A DNA stretch of 64,000 nt from contig CAXBMO010000004.1 in NCBI GenBank assembly GCA_963977015.1, positions 64,001-128,000 of the forward strand, given 5' to 3'. The notes under the pieces are model-generated. The model ran no database searches and was not told the origin of the DNA. It saw only the letters and a list, made by a program, of their open reading frames with translations. This stretch comes from an uncultured bacterium. GTDB taxonomy: Bacteria; Verrucomicrobiota; Verrucomicrobiia; Verrucomicrobiales; DEV007. This document shows positions 58,289-64,000 of the stretch, in pieces. The translations under genes were made by a program, and so were the position numbers. Numbering within the stretch: position 1 is the stretch's first letter; every line of letters starts with the position of its first letter.

Positions 58289-61043
58289 GAACCGCGACCG
58301 CTTTGGATGGCTCCGCCGCATCTCCCGACAGCACTTTTTCCACATCAACGGACGTCACTTTGTACTCCGGGCAGAGCGTGTCATCGCAATGCTCATCACT
58401 CGTGACGTTGTTCACCATGTGTTCAGGAAAGTGGAACGTGGTGTAGAGAATGCCCGGTTTCACCTCGTCACTCACCATCGCTTCCAACTCGACTTCGCCG
58501 CGTGCGGAAAAAACTCGAACGATGTCCCCAGTCTCAATGCCCTTCTTCGTGGCATCCACCGGGTTGATCGCTAGAACGTCCTTACTGACGATCTCGCGGT
58601 TCCCGGTGCGGCGGGTCATCGTGCCACAGTTGTAATGCTCCAAAAGCCGACCGGTGGTGAGAATGAAAGGGAATTCGTCACGATTGGCCAGAAGCTCCTT
58701 GGATTCTTCCCATTTGAAGAAGTGGAACCGTCCAAGCCCGCGCTTGAACTCATGGATGTGAAGTAGCGGCGTGTCGCTACCGTCAGGCTTGATCGGCCAC
58801 TGTTTGCCGTTGTCGCCCAACTCATCCCACTTCGCCCCGGCAAAGAACGGCACCACCTGGGAAATCTCTTCCAGCATGCCTTCCGGGGTGTAATCCGGTT
58901 GGGGATACCCCATCCGATTCATGATCTCGACGATGATCTGTCCGTCCGGTTTGGTTCCCTCCAACGGCTCGACGGTCGCCTGAACCCGCTGCACGCGTCG
59001 CTCGGCATTCGTGAACGTTCCCGACTTCTCGAGAAAGCTCGCCGCCGGCAAAATCACGTTTGCGAATTTCGCCGTCTCCGTCATGAAAATTTCCTGCACG
59101 ACCAGAAAGTCGAGCGCGTTCATCGCAGCCTTCACCGCTTCGGAGTTGGGGTCGGTTTGCACCACATCCTCACCCATGAGCCACAATGCCTTCAGATCTC
59201 CGGACCGGGCGGCCTCGAACATCTGCGGAATTTTCAGCCCGATCTCGTCGGACATTTTCATCCCGTAAAACTTTTCATACATCGCGTGCATCTCGGGATC
59301 GTTCACCGCCATGTAACCCGCTCCCTGGTGCGGTTGGCACCCCATGTCCGCCGCTCCCTGCACGTTGTTCTGACCGCGCAACGGATTCACCCCGCAACCG
59401 GGACGCCCGATATTCCCCGTCATCATCGCCAGGTTTGCGATCATCATCACCGTCTTAGCTCCCTGGCTATGCTCCGTGACTCCGAGTCCGTGGAACTCCA
59501 TCGCAGCCTCCGCGCTGGCATAGTCAACCGCCGCCGCTTTCACCGCTTCGCGATCCACACCGTGAATCTTCTCCAACTCATCGAGATCCAGGGCCTTCAG
59601 CCCCGCTTCAAACTCGTCCCAATTTTCGCACCGCGTCTTGATGAACTCGTCATCAACCAGTCCGGCTTCCCAAATGTAGTAACTGAACATGCTCAGCAGA
59701 GCCACATTCGTCCCGGGCCGAAGCTGCAGGTGATGTTTCGCATACGGCTCAATTTCGATCTTCCGCGGGTCGATCACGATCCCGGTAACGCCTTTCATGA
59801 GCCGCTGCTTGATCTTCGCGCCGGTCACCGGATGTCCCTGTGTCGGGTTTGCACCAATCACCAGGATACAATCCGTAAACTCAAGATCCTCGACCGAGTT
59901 CGTCGCCGCGCCGGTTCCAAAACTCTTCTGCATTCCCCATGCGGTCGGCGAATGACAAACACGGGCACAACAATCAATGTTGTTCGTTCCAATCACGGCG
60001 CGGATGAACTTCTGCATCAGATAGTTCTCCTCGTTGGTGCACCGCGCGGAGGAAATTCCCGCAATCGAATCCGGCCCATGCTCCTTCTTGATTCGTTTCA
60101 GATTCTCCGCGATGTGGTCATACGCCTCGTCCCAGGTCGCCTCCTCAAAATGGCCGTTCGTGCGAATCATCGGCGTCCGCAAGCGATCCGGATGGTTGTA
60201 GAACTTGAACGCGTAGCGCCCCTTCAGGCAGGTATGGGCATGATTCACCTCGGCGTCGACCGGCGCCTGAATCGACAGCACCTTGTCACCCTTCGTCGCA
60301 ACTTCGAGATTGCAGCCCACCCCACAATACGTGCAGATCGTGCGGGTCTTCTTCGTCGCGACAATCCCTTTTGAAGCGAAAATATCGCTGATCGCCGAAG
60401 TCGGGCACGCCTGAGAACACGCTCCACAACTCACGCACGGCGAATCCTCAAAACTCACATCGAGCCCCTTGATGATTCGCGCCGCAAATCCACGACCATG
60501 CATGGAAAGAACATGCTGTCCCTGGATCTCGTCACAGGCCCGCACGCACCGCGAACAGTTGATGCATTTGGCCAGCTCCGACGTCATGTAGGGGTGGCTC
60601 AGATCCTTCTCATAATGCAGGTGATTTCGACCGTTCGGGTAACGAATCTGACGGACTCCCACCTTCGCGGCCACCGTCTGCAGCTCGCAATTCCCGTTCA
60701 CCTCACAAGTCAGGCAATCAGGTGGATGATCCGTCAAAACCAGCTCCACAATATTGCGGCGCAAACGCTGAATTTGCTGGCTCTGGGTAAAAATATGCAG
60801 ATTCGGCGTCAGCGGCGTGTGGCAGGCGGCCACGGTTCGGCGCGGCCCATCATCACTCAGGGCGATTTCGACCGAACACACGCGACATGCGCCATAGGGC
60901 TCCAACTGCGGCGCATCACAGAGCGTCGGCACCGCGCCGCGCCCATGATGACGGTCAATAAACTTCAGAAGCGTATCGCCGGGCTCAAATTCGAGCATTT
61001 CACCGTCCAGATACGCAGGGTTTTCAATCTTGAGGCTTACCAT
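58263..61043 (-). CDS. fdhF: Formate dehydrogenase alpha subunit (Mo/W-bisPGD, Cys-type, N-terminal Fe-S domains)
   Basis: PTLC/GACRVC 2Fe-2S, HPPDCLTC, CINCSRCVRAC, CVSCGACSQACP, CTYCGVGC, CARVCHSP active site, LRGQNNVQG. Confidence 0.93.
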   Translation of the reverse strand: MVSLKIENPAYLDGEMLEFEPGDTLLKFIDRHHGRGAVPTLCDAPQLEPYGACRVCSVEIALSDDGPRRTVAACHTPLTPNLHIFTQSQQIQRLRRNIVELVLTDHPPDCLTCEVNGNCELQTVAAKVGVRQIRYPNGRNHLHYEKDLSHPYMTSELAKCINCSRCVRACDEIQGQHVLSMHGRGFAARIIKGLDVSFEDSPCVSCGACSQACPTSAISDIFASKGIVATKKTRTICTYCGVGCNLEVATKGDKVLSIQAPVDAEVNHAHTCLKGRYAFKFYNHPDRLRTPMIRTNGHFEEATWDEAYDHIAENLKRIKKEHGPDSIAGISSARCTNEENYLMQKFIRAVIGTNNIDCCARVCHSPTAWGMQKSFGTGAATNSVEDLEFTDCILVIGANPTQGHPVTGAKIKQRLMKGVTGIVIDPRKIEIEPYAKHHLQLRPGTNVALLSMFSYYIWEAGLVDDEFIKTRCENWDEFEAGLKALDLDELEKIHGVDREAVKAAAVDYASAEAAMEFHGLGVTEHSQGAKTVMMIANLAMMTGNIGRPGCGVNPLRGQNNVQGAADMGCQPHQGAGYMAVNDPEMHAMYEKFYGMKMSDEIGLKIPQMFEAARSGDLKALWLMGEDVVQTDPNSEAVKAAMNALDFLVVQEIFMTETAKFANVILPAASFLEKSGTFTNAERRVQRVQATVEPLEGTKPDGQIIVEIMNRMGYPQPDYTPEGMLEEISQVVPFFAGAKWDELGDNGKQWPIKPDGSDTPLLHIHEFKRGLGRFHFFKWEESKELLANRDEFPFILTTGRLLEHYNCGTMTRRTGNREIVSKDVLAINPVDATKKGIETGDIVRVFSARGEVELEAMVSDEVKPGILYTTFHFPEHMVNNVTSDEHCDDTLCPEYKVTSVDVEKVLSGDAAEPSKAVAVPTAPVFAK

Positions 61044-61070
61044 TCGAAAGGGGGATTTCTGGTAAAGAAA

Positions 61071-61099
61071 AGCCTATCGACCTGAATCCCGGCTGTCAA
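61071..61099 (-). promoter_or_regulatory. Sigma70 promoter upstream of the fdh gene
   Basis: Minus strand TTGACA-N17-TAGGCT, ending 27 bp before the ATG. Confidence 0.7.
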
Positions 61100-61208
61100 T
61101 GCAATCACGCCTCTCTCCAAAAGCCCACTCTTCAGGCCTCACGCCAGATCGCCCGCCACCTCTTCGCCTGTTCCTGGCGCTTCCGTCACGAAGGGTGACG
61201 CAGTGCAG

Positions 61209-61472
61209 CTATCGATCTCCCGATTGCCGCATCGCACCCGTCCCGCTGTAGCCCGAAGGGTTGGGTTTCCCCGTATTGCCACTGCTTCCGCCGGTCCGGG
61301 TGGCAGCCCCTTCCGACGTCTCCAAATCCCCCGCCTCCAACAACTTCACGACCGGCGGATGCTTGAGCGCCTTTTCCGTCACTTGACCCGTCTTTCCCGG
61401 TCCAAGAAACAACTTCTTTCCTTTTGGGAGGGAGACCGTCAGTGATTTTTTCGTCTTGTTGGTGATGTCCAT
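61209..61472 (-). CDS. Small basic hypothetical protein, 87 aa
   Basis: ATG start, fills an intergenic gap, protein-like N-terminal 50 aa plus a Gly/Ser tail. Confidence 0.7.
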   Translation of the reverse strand: MDITNKTKKSLTVSLPKGKKLFLGPGKTGQVTEKALKHPPVVKLLEAGDLETSEGAATRTGGSSGNTGKPNPSGYSGTGAMRQSGDR

Positions 61473-61566
61473 GGGGATTGATCTTGCACACCCTAACAGG
61501 TACTAACCTCACGTCCAGATAGGAATTGCGGAAGAATGGACTTTTTCACGCTCTGCTTGCAGTCCC

Positions 61567-62889
61567 CTATCGCGCTGAAAGCGGTTTCTGGTCGATGGTC
61601 AAATTCGTCGGAAGATCCTTGATCAGCCAATTGCAGTTTTGGATGTAAATCGTCCGTTGGACTGCAACTTCAAAAACCGGAGGCTCAGGATCATCGATAA
61701 AGCGGCAATCATCGAACGTGCAGTTCTCCATCAGGCTAAGCACGCTCGCAGGAATCACACACTTCCGAAAGTGCGTGTCGCGAATCATGGCCCAGTCCGA
61801 CAACGCAAATGCTCCAGGCTTATCGTCCTTGTGATACTTGATGGGAACAAATTCGACCCGCTCCACGTGGGAATTAACCATCTGCAACCCAATATGGCTG
61901 GACTCCCACCGTTTCACAAAGGAGCCCGTTATCGTGCAATTCAAGAACTGCCATCTCGTCATTGGCCGACCACCGAACCATCCCCCTCCCTTCCCAATAT
62001 CCATATCCTTTAAGGTGCAATCCTGAAGGTAGAGCTTGGCGCCCAAGTTCCCGTAAAGCCCAAAGCTATCGAACGTTACGCCTTTCGCAACGGTCACGTA
62101 GTTACCAACGTTCCAGGCCGTATTATCCTCCAACCCTTTGAACGTCGTCCCGGGTTGCAGCACGAGTTCGTATCCTGAACCTCTTCCAATTTCTCGCTTC
62201 TCGCGCAATCGAAAGTTCGCGACCGGCAACGTGAGCTTTTCGGGCCATTTGTCTCGTTCAAAAATGTCATCGCTCACCAACGGTGGAGAAAACGATGGGA
62301 TTGGAGCGATCGCAGCCAGCCCGGCGGGTAGGGTATTTGCCCGTCCAACACTCAAGGTTCCCATCGCATTTTCCGGATTCAGAAATGGAGTGACCCGCTC
62401 GGTCTCCGATTTCACAGCGAGGGCTTCGTCAATCCTTCCCGCCTTTGTCAGCCGCAATTGCAGGGGCTCCAACAACTTCAAATACGACGTCGTCAGCTTC
62501 ACGATATCGTCCGATTTCTTCTCATCAATCGGCTCTTTCGCAACTTCCATTCGCGAACGCAAATCCTTGATTTCATCCAGATCGTCAGGGCCCATCGCCC
62601 CAGATTTCTCGAACAATTCTCGCTCGTTCTTGACCTTTACCAACTCCGTCAGCTTTCCCTCTTTCTGCATCTTTTGCTCCAGCTTCACCAGCGCCACCAC
62701 ATAGTGCTTGTTCAAGTCGGCAATCTTCTCGGCATGCTCTTGGACGATCTTGTCGAGGGCATCGTCAAACCGCTTCCTCAACTCCTCCGGAGATCCGGGA
62801 ACCTGCGCTGACGTCAGAATCGGGAACAGCGCCCAAAGCGCAAAAATTCCCATTTTTTGTGAAATACGAGTGCCCAAAATCGTTCTCAT
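61567..62889 (-). CDS. Secreted hypothetical protein: helical repeat N-terminus plus beta-helix-like C-terminus
   Basis: Signal peptide (alternative start 62853), two similar helical repeats, C-terminal xxC(T/R)F rungs. Confidence 0.75.
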   Translation of the reverse strand: MRTILGTRISQKMGIFALWALFPILTSAQVPGSPEELRKRFDDALDKIVQEHAEKIADLNKHYVVALVKLEQKMQKEGKLTELVKVKNERELFEKSGAMGPDDLDEIKDLRSRMEVAKEPIDEKKSDDIVKLTTSYLKLLEPLQLRLTKAGRIDEALAVKSETERVTPFLNPENAMGTLSVGRANTLPAGLAAIAPIPSFSPPLVSDDIFERDKWPEKLTLPVANFRLREKREIGRGSGYELVLQPGTTFKGLEDNTAWNVGNYVTVAKGVTFDSFGLYGNLGAKLYLQDCTLKDMDIGKGGGWFGGRPMTRWQFLNCTITGSFVKRWESSHIGLQMVNSHVERVEFVPIKYHKDDKPGAFALSDWAMIRDTHFRKCVIPASVLSLMENCTFDDCRFIDDPEPPVFEVAVQRTIYIQNCNWLIKDLPTNLTIDQKPLSAR

Positions 62890-63136
62890 GGTTTTTTAAT
62901 CAACGGTGCCAATCGAAAAAACCAAGGAGGAGAAACCAAGTCAGGGCAAGCAGTTTTCCCTCTCCAGCCTATCGCCTTGAAAACGATTTGCCCTTCTGCC
63001 CAAGTTTTGAAGGAAAAAGCGAGGGCCTCCGGCTGGCGATAGGAGGCAGGTTGGGCAGGGATGCCGAGCACCGAAGGCCCTCTTGCCAAGAGATTCGTGC
63101 GAACGCTCGAACCGGATGCTGAGGAATCCGATTTTT

Positions 63137-63973
63137 TCACTTCGGCTCAAGAATGAGCCGGCTTCGACGCATGTCAATCGTCACCCGAAATCGACTCAAC
63201 ACCGCGTTCCCGAGCAAACCATTCTCACCCGGAAAGAGCGCTCCTCCCCGCGCCGTCGTCCGCATATTGGAGAAGGTTTGGCTTCCCAGGGTGACGTCAT
63301 TCTTGCCGGAGGTCGAGATCTTCCCGGTAAATCCAATTGAACTGGTTCTCGACTTGGAATTCGCGATCAATCGGGCACCGGCAGTCGACCAAAGGATTCC
63401 TCCGGTACTTCCCGTATCAATCCGCATCCGTGGCAACGATGCATCGCCAACTTCGACCGGAACACACATCGCCCCGTAATTGCGGCGAATCGGCAAGATC
63501 TCTGCGGCCCCACCGGGCGAGTAGCCCGACAGCACCCGAAGCTGACGAGCCCGGTAATCAATCTGGACCACGCGGCCATGAAAGTAGTCTGCTCCCAGCA
63601 AACCATCCACCTTCCGCCCCGCCTTCCGGCTTGCTGCGGAGAGATCGAGCGTCAAAAACGACTTTCGGAGGCTCACACCCGCGCAGCGCAGGCCATGACT
63701 CTGCGAACGATACCCTTGGACGAGTCCGCCGACACCGCGCACCGTCTCCTTCCGTCCAAGCGAGAGCCCCAAGGTTTCCGCCGTCTGCAAATTCAGCACC
63801 GTTTCTTCCGCCCCGGTATCAACAATGAACGTCAGCGGCCTCTTCCCGGAATCGGAAGTCACGTTCACCCAGACCAAACCGCTGCGGGATTGAATCGGTG
63901 CCTGACCCGCCTCAGCAGCGGCAAGCAAGGCGCAAAGTGTCAGGATTTTGGCAAAAACTAGGAAGGATCGCAT
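63137..63973 (-). CDS. Secreted aspartyl protease with two retropepsin-like domains
   Basis: FIVDTGA...DGLLG and RIDTGS...NGLLG; signal peptide. Confidence 0.88.
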   Translation of the reverse strand: MRSFLVFAKILTLCALLAAAEAGQAPIQSRSGLVWVNVTSDSGKRPLTFIVDTGAEETVLNLQTAETLGLSLGRKETVRGVGGLVQGYRSQSHGLRCAGVSLRKSFLTLDLSAASRKAGRKVDGLLGADYFHGRVVQIDYRARQLRVLSGYSPGGAAEILPIRRNYGAMCVPVEVGDASLPRMRIDTGSTGGILWSTAGARLIANSKSRTSSIGFTGKISTSGKNDVTLGSQTFSNMRTTARGGALFPGENGLLGNAVLSRFRVTIDMRRSRLILEPK

Positions 63974-64000
63974 GGGCGAGCCTGAAGCATCATCGATGCC

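Noticed and set aside
59950-59975. Selenocysteine in formate dehydrogenase
   Set aside because: The active-site codon is TGT (CARVCH), with no in-frame TGA.
1-64000. CRISPR arrays, tRNA/rRNA, IS elements, integrases, prophage genes
   Set aside because: None seen by eye: intergenic gaps are short, with no regularly spaced repeats or recombinase motifs. Dedicated scans were not run.

Overview
A 64-kb, gene-dense, moderately GC-rich bacterial window. Gene content (DUF1552/DUF1592 cytochrome pair, YdjY, DUF1080, several sulfatases, EF-hand-bearing secreted enzymes) points to the PVC superphylum, probably a Verrucomicrobium; this is inference. About 38 CDS are visible. I saw no rRNA, tRNA, CRISPR array or transposase. 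Layout: (1) 1-21.3 kb, secreted carbohydrate/sulfate-ester catabolism genes (sulfatase, two FAD oxidoreductases, esterases, two beta-helix proteins, a multidomain GH16-like protein, a DUF1552/DUF1592 pair). (2) 21.4-30.8 kb, membrane and ion-homeostasis genes (K+ channel, TerC, an apparently frameshifted DUF3857 transglutaminase-like gene, RDD, CorA, M48 peptidase, SLC13). (3) 31-38.3 kb, a trypsin-like protease upstream of a 2086-aa TpsA/haemagglutinin-like protein with ~19 IGHGG repeats and an inserted PA14-like domain. (4) 38.5-46.4 kb, RidA, two sulfatases, an esterase, a candidate sRNA and a YdjY/prenyltransferase-fold/DUF1080 trio. (5) 46.8-53.7 kb, the best candidate for an undescribed system: a two-component pair, a direct-repeat operator, a small-passenger autotransporter and a translationally coupled AlkP-TPR-sulfotransferase fusion, possibly a regulated surface-protein sulfation/display module. 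(6) 53.7-64 kb, an NMNAT-like protein, GSIII with a sigma54-like promoter, a kinase-like ORF, a stand-alone formate dehydrogenase alpha subunit, hypotheticals and a two-domain aspartyl protease. All family calls come from motif recognition by eye; no database search was run.
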